Assembly (NCBI GenBank): GCA_002633005.1
Contig: NMRA01000145.1
Location: 718,973-782,972 of the forward strand
DNA from: Phoronis australis
Taxonomy: Eukaryota > Animalia > Phoronida
Direction: 5' to 3'
DNA: 64,000 nucleotides
In this document: positions 47,296 to 60,100 of the stretch, in pieces
Layout: each line of letters starts with the position of its first letter
Position numbering within the stretch: position 1 is the first letter of the stretch
Position numbers and translations under genes: made by a program
Notes under the pieces: generated by a model
What the model saw: the letters and a program-made list of their open reading frames with translations, nothing else
What the model was told of the DNA's origin: nothing
The model's database searches: none

Positions 47296-47353
47296 GTCAA
47301 ACAAACGTGTTGTCTCTAGTTACCAGCCTTAGCAACCAGCTATAAGGGTTGCT
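47296..47353 (-). promoter_or_regulatory. Putative EFCAB6-like promoter: forkhead site next to RFX X-box-like motifs
   Basis: GTCAAACA (47296-47303), GTTGTCTCTAGTTAC (47309-47323), GTTACCAGCCTTAGCAAC (47319-47336) and GTTGCT (47348-47353), 90-145 bp upstream of the ATG. Confidence 0.55.
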
Positions 47354-49571
47354 CGCTAGGCGGGATTTACGTTCCAGCTCATTGTAAGCCTTTATTCACG
47401 AACAATGAATGACGGGCGATTTGAATAGAAAATTCATAACCTCGGCAAATACACGATTCAAGTAGATATTACAATAGCCTCAATAGCCTGTTCTACACTA
47501 TAAATACTAGCAGTGTTGTAAGCCGTGGATTACATTTGGTCTGTAAACATTTTGAGCAGCGCTTCAGTGGACATCAAAGAAAGTAAAAAAATTGACTTTA
47601 AACCGTATATCTGACCACAGTACACTATGACAAGTCTATAATAAATCGATTTAAGGAACGACTCTATTTGCTCGGTGATTAGCTATTGAGATCGATTTTA
47701 TGCGTATTCTACACGTATGCCATCAGGCTAATCAACAGCAGTGCAAATTGTGTTGCAACGAAAGAAGAAGTTTTGCATGCTCTCTCTGTTCAATTCTTGT
47801 CTAGAAACAAATCACTGTTTTTGTCAATGAACAAGAAAGAATGGCGAAACTGACGTTGAACGCAAGTCTGTCACTTCTCAGTCGTCCCTGTAAGTTTGAT
47901 CTACGCCACAGCTCAAAGTGTCAGAAAAGTGAACACCATGCGAATAGCGATTGGAAAGGGCGATGAACCAACGGATACCTCGGTCACTGATATAATGCTT
48001 CCAATGCCGATCCGATGAATTTGTGACAGAGTCATTTCGGCACTCGGCTGACAGTCGGGCGATTATCGGCGTCGAAATTCGCTAACCGGAGCAAAGAATA
48101 AATGCCGGATCATGTTATGGGCCACGACGTAACTCAATCGGCGGGATCGCCCAATGGTGTGCCCTAAGCAAAAGGCAGTTCCTGAATAAATCTTTCACCC
48201 TACGGAATGACTAAAACCTGAACACACCTGGTGTTACTAAGCCCTTTCAGTCAAAGTGAAAACATTTTAAAACCATCCCTATCAGAATGAGCCAAAAAAT
48301 GACATAATTCTTTAATTGTCTCTACAGCGAGATCACAGCGGAGAGTTGAGTGACTCACAGTTACACACTGGGGGTGCTGCCCAAATGGTAATCTCGCAAA
48401 AAATAATGGAAATGAAAAATTATGACCACTAAATGGAACTACAAATCTCCATGATGTCAAAAAACACAAAGTGTCACACCTGTTGTGACTAATTTATGTT
48501 TTGAAGGAATGTACTTGTTGTTACTGAAAAATTAACCATACCATGTCAAAGAACTAGGACTAAAGAAAAAGATTTTATGATGTTAAAAGTATCATTTATT
48601 AACACAAAAACAGAATGCAAGGAAAAATCCTATATATTAAAACTGTGCAATAATTGACAATGCTAAAAGGTAACAAGACTACAAAGAGATGAACAAAGGT
48701 AGAAAAACTAGGCAACACCTTCCTAGAAAGAACAACACTTACTGTCGTGAAATCTATCTAGGCATATTGTCACACAGATTACTAGGCTCATTGAGAAGAA
48801 CTGACAGCTTTTTATTGCTTGCGGCCAAACTCAGGGGACAAAAAAGCCCAGTCGAGCCAGTTATATACTCATGCGTTGAGTAACAATGAATTTTTGTGAA
48901 AGAAGACCACAACTGTCAAATACTAACATTAGTAACACTGAACTGGTTTTAATAAACATAGTGTTAAACAAGTTACAAACAAAACTAATTAGGTCAAGCT
49001 AATATGAAAACTTCAAATTAGTAACTATGGGCGACTAATCCTCCTGTTGAACAACTCACTGAACTAAAGGCCCATTCGATCTATTGTTTTATCATGTCTA
49101 ATTAAATCAAATCAAAGCATTTCACCTCAAAACATGAACCGAAGGAGTGGTTTTCAAAGATGTCACCGCGTGTGGTTTTAACCTTTTACTAAATAATAGA
49201 AAAGTCATTAACTCTACCAAATTCATAACACGATCAGTGTGCCATTCTTGATTCTGAAGAGTGGAACATGAGCAATTTTAGCTTTCACCAAATTTCTCGA
49301 ATATCACATTCTGCGCCTAAAAATAGACTTGGAAGTTCACAAAATCGTTGATAATAATGGCTACCAACACGACATTTTCATGCGCCCTCATGATGTATAA
49401 TCAAAGAGATGTTCGCTTGTCTTTGATCATAATTCTTGAACTTGGGATGGTCCAATTGGTCTATTTCTAAAACTTTGTAAAATTTTCAACATTGTTACAA
49501 ACTGGAAATTTTTTACAAGTAGTTGTTGAAAGAAAACATAATGACCGAATGGGGAGTGTGGCAATCTACTT

Positions 49572-49681
49572 GGTAGTAGTCGTATATAACGTGCCCACAT
49601 TTTGAGAACCAGTTTGATGCCTGTTATTCAGTGAAGAAAACTGGTTCTCAAAAGGTGGGCACAATACACCCGACTATTACC
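49572..49681. repeat. Hairpin repeat family, copy 1 (ttgagaaccag...gttattcagtg...ctggttctcaa)
   Basis: About 110-bp palindrome; related copies at 50039-50137, about 51421-51472 and about 54444-54503. Confidence 0.75.
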
Positions 49682-51171
49682 ATCTGCTTTTCGGTGTTTA
49701 GCATAAGCATAAATTTTACATCACATCAATGAGCCCATTATTGACCACATGATTCTCCTTCGCAGACCAACTGTGTGAGAGTTTTGGTGATGTTACATAG
49801 TGCTAAATCATGAGACCAAGAAGTCTGATTAAAATACATGAAGTTTTTTTCACTCGCTTTTAACAAGAAAATGACCTCTGCACAGAGACAACCTCATATA
49901 CTAATATACTTCTAATAAAGCATGATATTTGACATATTCTGTGCCTACATACAGATAATAGGAAAAAAACAGCACGATTACATCAATTATATTGATTCCA
50001 CACAACGTTACAGCTTGCCAGCTTCAATTGTATTTCCAGCAATAGTCACCTCCCAATTTTGATAACCAATTTGACGCCTGTTATTCAGTGGGTAAAACTG
50101 GTTCTCATACTGCGGTCCCCTGTAAGTGACTACTGCATTTTCAAGATGTCTGAAAAATCTAAACCAAAATTGAAACGAGGTCTCATAATTTTCCTTGCCA
50201 TGACAGAACCAAAGTTATATTGCTTTGAAGAACACCAGAGAGGCTCTGCTGTCCAGTTATATGAACGATATCTCAATGCATGAACGAGTAAAAAAGGCTT
50301 TGGAAAAAATTAAGATAGGACAGCTCTGCCTAATTTGACCATTCCAACTCAGTTCCAGGTCATCGTTTAATAGGACAGTCCTGGATTATGCAGCAACACT
50401 TGAATCTCGTGGTATTTACCCACAATGCTCCACCATACATCAAGCAGTTCTCTGGCCTCATTTTTATGCCATTGGAATTTCTGTTATTTGTTGGTGTCTT
50501 GCTTTTTTCAAATTTTCCTTGACTCCAATAATTGTATTCAGTCTTCTAATGACAGTTTTGCTGCTGTATTGTGGGCTAGAACTCTGACAGCAGAACCTTG
50601 GATAAAGTTAAGTATTACCCATCTATAAGATATTTTCCGACACGATTCCTAGAATCAGCCGAGATTTCTGAAACGAAGACAATGTGACAACACATTTTTC
50701 CTACCTCCAAGACAATGGGGACATATATCCTGGAAAATCCTATTTCAACTGAGTATTGAAGCCTGTGTTATCGTGGCAAAGAAACTTTCTAAATCTGGTT
50801 CAATAGTCATATCACTTAAGTTGTCCCCGGAAATTCACAAAGAACTTGCAGTGAGAAATCTCCACTTGTGTAATTCAAAAGACTGAATTTTATCACATAA
50901 TTTAGCATTCCAACATCACTGAACAAAACCAATCACTTCAGTGGCAGTAACTTTGCTTCTAAGCATTTTTGCAAAACTGTCAACTTACACATGGGCGATT
51001 TTGCGTGGTCTTGCATTTTAGAGTTTTGCATCAACGAAATGCATCCCACATTAAATGAATAAATGGAAGGAAAATACAACTTTAGACTATCTGTTTTATA
51101 CTCTCGATCCCAGAACCTCGAATTTTCAGCACCGTTTCGTGATTGCGTCTTCACAGACACAATAACTCTCA

Positions 51172-54100
51172 TCACATCATGCTTGTGTACTCCTGTATCA
51201 CGTATTTCAGCTTGGTTTCTGCCTTGAGCACATCTTCAAAGCTTACGTCAATATGCGTTACCATTCGAGCCATACGTGCTGACCCAAATGGCAACATTTT
51301 GATGATAACGTTCTCACCCAGGGCGTCGTACTCCTCATCAGTTACCTATGAATTAGAATTTTGTATTTCACTGAATATAGATGCAACGCGCTTAGAGGCA
51401 AAAGTCACTAAGGGTCCTGGATTTTGAGAACAGGTTTGGTACCGTTATTCAGTGGAGAAAACTGGTTCTCAATTAAAAGAGTATGAATGACCCTACACTG
51501 AATGGTATTATTTATTATTAAGAAGTCACACATTCAGTTATGTAATAGTTTGCACAAAATGTCAATATTTCTCATTTAATGTCAACTCCAGGCAACGTAC
51601 AGCAATCTCCAAATCCAGGTATCAATCTAGTTCATTGTTAAGTGTTCCCACAGCGTTTTATTAAGCATCAATAGTTGCACACCAATAACCATGTTTCAAA
51701 TAGTATATAATGAGAATTCTACACGGAGTCTCGGGTTCATGACATGGGCAAAGCCTACTGGAAATTTCGTCAAAATCCAAAGGCTTGCCGAGGGATCTTT
51801 GACGAAATTTCTAGATGTTTTGCTCCTGTCATGTGATCAACCCAAGATGAGTGAAGGATTTGTTTTCTCAGAGGAACTGTAAAAACGAGCTTTTTGTTGA
51901 AAAACTCAACGTGTTTATAAAACTTTCAACCATGTGACGCAACTTTTGCAAAAACATGCTTGCGCAATGTAAACCCAGTTACTTTTGGTTAGTCATTTTA
52001 TTTTAAACTTATATGTCTTATATGTAAATTCCATTTAGCTTTTGTAACAAATGTTTCACTTAGAATATAATGAATACTTTTTGAAGTTGTACCATGAAAA
52101 TTAGTGAAATGTTTATCAATAACAGCCAGCAAGGCTTCCCCCGCATGTGAGCACTGAACTGAGATTGAGACACCACAGCTAATCAGTCTCGCCAAGGAGT
52201 TTACTATGGTACTACACTCCTTGGTCTCACAGAGTGGTTTCCTGAATAGGGGTGCGTCTCCATTTAAATAAACCTGGATTTGGGCTACAACGTCAAAGAT
52301 GGGCCCGTTTAAGAAATTATTTGCACGCCCTTACTTAGTAGGAGTATGTGGATGATGCATCTGCTTTGGATGTCATGTTGAGCCTTGTCACCTTCACGGA
52401 ATTCCAGTATTATTTGGATGTTGGTAAGAGTGTTTTGCAGACGATAAAAAGTAAGGCGTAGGAATTTCTACTTTGCACTTACTTTGTGATTCGCCCAATA
52501 GTAATATCAAAAAATTATGCACTCGGTGTTATTCACCAGGCGTGTTGCAACACATTCCAGTTCATTTGAGACCGCGTTTTATTAATTGCCCTGACGTCCT
52601 CGTTTTTGTGGTAATTACTCTGCTCAACACAAAAGAAACAGCTCAGTGATATCGAGAGTTGATGGCGCACGCAGTTCATTTTTGAACCGATTTACTGATA
52701 AAACATAAGGTGCTGTGAATGAATACGAGAAGTTTGACTAAAAACGGACTTCCCTACATCTTAAGCTACCTACCTCACGCAGTCGCTTGCAGAAGGCTGA
52801 CGAGTCCACCACATCAGTCCGATGGAAATTTATGATAATGATATTCGTATGAACATCTTCAATTGTCATGAGACGAGGATCTGCAGACATTAAAGCTGAA
52901 ATCGACAAAACAACATTAAAATAGAATGCCAGGAATGATAACTTTAAAAAGTCCTCATGTAACCTAATGTTTCAAACAATTGTCTGGGGCAGTCATCTAC
53001 GACCTACTGATAGTAAACGACTTCAAACAGCAATTTTGCAACTTTTGAGTTTTTCTGTGGCGGTTCAGCAACTAAAAGTACTTTTAGATTGATTTTAGTC
53101 AATATAAAAATTTAAAGCATTTTATAATAGCTAAGACAAGTTTCACTCACATGCAGCTTGCAAAGTATTTTGCTGCATGTCCCTGAATTCCAATTTAAGC
53201 GCACACTCATATATGGAACAGGATTGCCTCTTTGAAATAGCAAATAATTGCGAAACAAATTTAACTGAGTGTCTTCAAAGCATTGTAAGACTAAAAATGT
53301 TGAGATAAATGACAACGCATTTATCCTCGACGAGGGGTAAACTGACACTGGCAGTGCAACTATATAAAATGAACACTATTTGGCACAACACTTAATGAAA
53401 CTACTTCTCTACGCATGGCACCTGGTAATGGAGCAAGATGTCTCTTGCCCTACCTTGAGGAGATGGGGAAGGTGGTCATACAGATGCCAGTTTGACTTTC
53501 ATTCATAAGGTCATTTGTGCCTGGAGAAATTTCCAGCTGGTCTCTGAAAACTGCCTCTCCCAACTTAAGTCTTGAATGACTACATCAGTCTGGAAACTGA
53601 AGCTCACCACTGGCCAGCCGTTTAGCTTTTTCGTGGTCATCTTTCAGCTCTGGAATGTTGTGTTCGAGGGCGTACAATGCTGCCGAAGCCAGTATACCTG
53701 TCTGTTGCATGCATCCACCAATGACCTTGCGGCAGCGTTTGGCACTAGCAAGCAGAGAGCAAGGAGAGAGCAAGGAGAGAGCAAGGAGAGAGCAAGGAGA
53801 CAGAGTATGTTAAGTCTAGGATACACAACTGCTACAGTATTACAGATGGTTGAAACTTACCGCTACATGTAAGGGAAAAATTTTGATTGCTAAATTGATA
53901 TTTTTTTCAAATTTTCAAAAGCTTGCACTGAGCATCACTGCAAATGCTCAAAATTTTCTAACATTTTTTGATGAGGGCTGCAAACCATGATAAAATTTTT
54001 TTGTTAATTATTCTGTCTTTACAGGAAATAAATGAGAAATGCACATTAAAAAAAATAATATACAAGATCATTCCATAGTGTTAAACAGCAGTAACCTTCT

Positions 54101-57100
54101 CATTAAATTCATTAAACATTTCTGACAATCTCCAAGACAAAAGTACTGCGGAAGAGAAGGCAAATGTTGCCGTTTAACCACCTAGAAGCAGAATTTACAG
54201 GCAGCAAAAAATCAAAGCAAAATGCAACTGGTACCAACTAGTGGACGAACCAGCAGAGAACTAAATTTTGCACTTTCCAACTAACACTTCTGACAAATTG
54301 TACTATTAAAAGTGAATACTCAGAGAGGGAATCAACAACCATTAACATTAATCAATGTACTCACGTTTGAATGAATTCCTTTGAGCCAACTATAACAGAC
54401 CCTACGGGACAACCCAGTCCCTGCAAAAGACGGAAATAACGTGCCCGTATTTTGAGAACCAGCTTGACGCCAGTTATTCAGTGGAGAAACTGGTTCTCAA
54501 AATATCTGACCATTAACAGAAATAGAGAATGACACTGATAACAGGAAAACAGTTATCATCACGCAGCTACGAGTTTTAAGCAATTAACAGGCAGTCCATG
54601 TAAAATCAGTAGAATTTCAAAAATCAGTCTATATGTCAAAATTCAAAACAACTTCATTTTTTATACATGAATAGGGATCCTAACAAAATTTTAAATGTCG
54701 TATTTTTTGCACTCAATAACTCTTAATTTCGCGCAACAACACTAGACCGCAATTGGTCATATTAGACATCTCCAAAATTTATGTTTTCAGCAACGATTCA
54801 GCAACGAAAATAAGTAACTTAGAAAATAGATTGAAAGTTGTACTTTGGTGGCTGGAATAACCAGTGTACACTGTAAATAATCGTTTGTCATATAATCAAA
54901 TTTGACGGCTTTGTGCTAAACAGGGGAAATATTTCACACACCACTTTCCCAATCTTCGTAATTTTAGTATCCGTTTTTGTGACCTCTCACTGCCATACTG
55001 CACCTTGTAACTTCATGTAACTTTTTGAACTTACAGCTAAAGAGTAAAACGTGATGACTGACCAAAAAATATCTCGCCTCAACTTTACATTTAGTGAAAA
55101 TTGTCTTGCAAACCTCGATTTTGGAAATGATGAGCATAGTGTATAGACAAATTGAACAAAAATTTTGAACAAGAAATCTACTTTAAATTCTTATAACAGT
55201 CATGTCTAAGGTCTTTCAAATAAAAACAAGTTGTTTTCTGGATGTGTTACGTAATCAGTATCAAAACTGAATCCGATGACCTTTGACCAGTGAGTCAGTT
55301 GACATTAGGTTTAAGAGGATATACAAAAAATTGTGCGTGTAACCCTCTTGTTTTCTTCCATTATTTGACAATTGCAGGTGAATTAAATGGAAATAAATAC
55401 TTTGAAGTTTAAATTTGTACAAATAGTTTTTTGTAAAGACTGGTTTTGTGGCTATTATGTTCTTAACACTAATTATGGTGTCTCGATCTGAACAGTAGAC
55501 TGAGTACGCGGCCAATGTGCACTCCCAAAATATTATAATTTAGGGGTGTAGAGCAGGTTTGGGGTATTTTTTTAGTGAGATAGTGCATGTAGGCCAAGTG
55601 AATGTGGTTTGTTTGTATTTGTGAACATGATGAGAATGAAAACAGACCACAGCTTGGCTGTAGCTGCACTCTTCTTCAAGTTGGCAGCCCCAGCTGTTGC
55701 AATTGTGCATTGATGGGTAACGACCGAGAAATTTGCCGCGATTTCAGATAGCCTTTAAACAAGCCAGACTTGCAAAAAAAACTAGTTGGTTGGCAGTACT
55801 GCTGGGCCACATTTTTGGAATCGGTAGGAAACTTGCTTCAGGAATCTTACTTTGGTTTTAGTCGAGCATCGGCAGGGAAGTGGTTATTTTGGGGTTCAAA
55901 GTGCCAATTTTGTGTTTTTTACCACTCTTTTTCTTAGTCTAGCTAGCTTGGTTTTCATTAGTAGTGAAAGGATCAAAAATACAAGATAGAACTGTTTATG
56001 TAGTACTCATCTGTAGGGCTTCGTTGTGATGTGAAATGACTCGAAACTTTTCTGTCTTTGACTGCAGTTTTTGACAGAGTGTAGTAAGATTATGAGTTCA
56101 TTGACATGTGTAAAAGGCAAAGAAACGGCCCCAGTGAGAAATGTTCTTGCCCCCTATCCTGCTGAGCCTCTATTCAAGACTACTTTCCCTGTGTGCTGAG
56201 CTACGTAGGCCACCACTACTGCTGTATGCTAGGTGGTTATGAAGGTCACCCAAGACAATGACCTAACAATTTTAAATCGGAAATTTAAAGGGGAAATGTT
56301 GATTTCACAGAACAGAAGCCAGCATAAAAAGCTGTTCAGAATTTAATGGACATTTTCGCTATATGCACATCTTCTTAGTAGCCTTAGTGAAAATAAGCTG
56401 GTCCACAGTCATCCTCTCACGTGGGGCTCCAGCCAGAGCAACGCGGAGCATTCAAATGCGCCCGACGAATGCACCACAAACGGTCTGCTTCTCGAGTTGT
56501 TTATTTGTGTCGTAAAAATGGCCCCTAGATGGCGCAAAATCTCCAATCCATCGGAAAACGGAACATGCGATCGCTTCTTTAATAGAAAGCTATTTACCAA
56601 ATTTCATAAAAATCTGCAAAGGAAAATGGAAAAATGAAATTATTCGAACCTCTAGGGGAAACTTTGGGCCTCATGAGAGTTATTTCGCGTGATATTTCAA
56701 TATTTTTCGATGGAGAATGGGTCGATATTCGGATCCAAAATCAAGGGATTGAGGGCCCAGCTGAAAAAGTTGTGGAGAGACTATGGACGCGTTGGCATTT
56801 GGGTGGCGGCCGAAAGAATTCAGCAAGGTAAAGTAAACTGCAATTTTGTTACTTAAAGGGTTATACTCACTACTCTTCACAATTCAGTTTATTTTGCAAG
56901 TCACAAGTTATGTTAAAGTTTTGCGACCTAAATGTTTTGCTCATCAAAAAGTTCGGTCCGTAAAACAGTGTCTTTATCAATTGCAGGGTTGGCTAGTAAT
57001 TTTTGAAAATTGATAAAAGTGTTTTTAAAAGTCTAGCGTGATTTTTCTCTAAAATACAGGCTTGTTACTTCGTTTTTACAAGCTAATTACACGTTTCAAG

Positions 57101-60100
57101 AGGCCCCCTGTTGGTGGTTGCGGCAACTGAGATCAGGCAAATAGGACAAAGCGCAGTTCGTGTAACGCTTCGTAAGCAAAGACTACGGGAGAGGCAAGAT
57201 TTTTTTTATTATACATCAAAAGAGGTTCGAAATGACTAAACAATTATAAGGCCAGTTTTTGAAAAGGTGTAATATGGCTGTTATACAGATCGAGTGCAAA
57301 ATTTGGCCGAAAATGGCTTCAGTGAAAACCTCCAAACAAAATCAAAGGGTACAGATTTGATAATGAATTTTGAAAGATATGCCATTAAATTATTCAATCA
57401 TAGTCCTTTAAAACTGTATCGCTCATTTGTTATCAGCTAGCTATACATGCAAGTAAAATCCATTCAAACATGTCTACTTCGGCGCCAAACTTTGTTGCAT
57501 GGAGGTATATGCCATAAAAAGAGAAATAGGATCAAAATTCTTAAAAAGCGAAATTTTTCTACATCTCACCAAACCAAACCCATGTGCTATAAGTCTAAAA
57601 AAATCAGTGATTTTGGCAATAGACTCTACCTGTTGGTTTTTATATGGAGTCACTATTAGTACTACTGGCACATGTTGAACAAGAGGTTGGAAACGCACCT
57701 TAGGCCTACATCACAAAAACAACTCTTGAAATAGAGCACTTAGTCATGAAATTTGTTCCCGCCAAACTGTTCCCAAAATAAACGGGAGATAATTTCTAGG
57801 TTTCAAAAGAACATGATGTGCACATGTTCTAGAACATTCCAGAACTGTGACTCACCACCTCCAAAATGTCTCGGTCCACAAACCAACACACTCACCTTAG
57901 ACAAACAAACGTTGATGGAGTCGCAGTGCTCAACAATGACACTAGGTGGCACCGATGAGGCAGCAGCTGCGTTGAATATACGCGCACCGTCCATATGGAG
58001 TAAGACTCCCTTGTCTCTACACACATCACTGACCTGCAAAGTATTGCAATGATGCAGAGTATTTTAAAAATAATTCATCAGAGGATTAAACTCGTAAATG
58101 GTCAATATACTCCAGCCACATATACACGTTTGTATATTATTAGTGTACAACCACCATACGTTTGTCTTCTGATAGACTGAAATACAGATCACTTTCAGTG
58201 GTGATATTGCCAAGCCATAAATTGCCGGGATGTCCTTCATCAAAGTCAATAGTAAAAACAATCATCAGGTTCATGCACACAGTACGTTTCTTCCACTCCT
58301 TTGCAATTAACATAAATTTCCCATGATTATACTTTTGGAACAGTAACATAAAAACAATATTCTAAAGAAACGTGATTTTATTTGCTTTTCCATTAAAAAC
58401 GAAACTTCCCTTTTACCAAAGTTTCGGTAAGTGGGAAAGGTTCGCTTAAAATAGTAGGATTTAAAAGCGAAGCTTCGGTTTAGAGGGAACACTGAAAGCG
58501 AAGCTTCGTAGAAGTTATCAGTAACGTTCGCGGCAACCGTACGATATCATGTGAGACTCGCAAAATGTGTGATAAATGAATAAAAATGAATAAATAATGA
58601 TAAATAAATAATAAAGAATAGTTGGAAGCACATATATGGTAATATAACAATAATAAAATTAGTAAATAATTAGTAATAGTAAACATACTTACCTTTTAGA
58701 TCTGAATGCATTAAGACAACAGAAAGAAAAGAAAGAATATGATTACAAGCATCAACTGGCATACAATAAACTAATCAGTAGTTCCCAAAATCATACAAAA
58801 AATTTACGATAATTTTCTATATAAGCGGTCCAATCCACCGAACAATAAAGACAAGTTCAAGTCACCCAATCCATCACTGGTAGACTGGTAGCAGTTTCAC
58901 GCAAAAACATCCTTTGTTTCACTAGTGAACATTTAGTCGGTGGGCCAAATCTCATAGCGTTCATCCTTGTGAGTACTTTGGGGGGGCAACCTAGTTTTTT
59001 CTATGTGGCTAGATAATATAACGAAAAATCAAATTCCAAAAAGTTCCCACGTCTACACTTGCACATTTTTTTAANCTAGAACATTCCAGAACTGTGACTC
59101 ACCACCTCCAAAATGTCTCGGTCCACAAACCAACACACTCACCTTAGACAAACAAACGTTGATGGAGTCGCAGTGCTCAACAATGACACTAGGTGGCACC
59201 GATGAGGCAGCAGCTGCGTTGAATATACGCGCACCGTCCATATGGAGTAAGACTCCCTTGTCTCTACACACATCACTGACCTGCAAAGTATTGCAATGAT
59301 GCAGAGTATTTTAAAAATAATTCATCAAAGGATTAAACTCGTAAATGGTCAATATACTCCAGTCATATATACACGTTTGTATATTATTAGTGTACAACCA
59401 CCATACGTTTGTCTTCTGATAGACTGAAACACAGATCACTTTCAGTGGTGATATTGCCAAGCCATAAATTGCCGGGATGTCCTTCATCAAAGTCAATAGT
59501 AAAAACAATCATCAGGTTCATGCACACAGTACGTTTCTTACACTCCATTACAATTAACATAAATTTCACATGATTATACCTTTGGAACAGTAACATAAAA
59601 ACAAAATTCTAAAGAAACGTGATTTTATTCGCTTTTCCATTAAAAACAAAACGAAGTTTCGGTAAGTGGGAAAGGTGCACTTAAAATAGTAGGATTTAAA
59701 AGCGAAGTTTCGGTTTAGAGGGAACACTGAAAGCGAAAATTCGTAGAAGTTATCAGTAAAGTTCGCGGCAACCGTACCATATCATGTGAGACTCGCAAAA
59801 CGTGTGATAAATGAATAAAAATGAATAAATAACGATAAATAAATAATAAAGAATAGTTGGAAGCACATATATGGTAATATAACAATAAGAAAATTAGTAA
59901 ATAATTCGTAATAGTAAACATACTTACCTTTTAGATCTGAATGCATTAAGACAACAGAAAGAAAAGAAAGAATATAATAACAAACATCAACTGGCATACA
60001 ATAAACTAATCAGTAGGTCCCAAAATCATACAAAAAATTTACGATAATTTTCTACATAAGCGGTCCAATCCAACAATAAAGACAAGTTCAAGTCACCCAA

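Noticed and set aside
57896-59280. Apparent duplicated or mutually exclusive threonine aldolase exon
   Set aside because: Identical exon sequence, and the second copy starts immediately after the N at 59075; best explained as allelic contigs.
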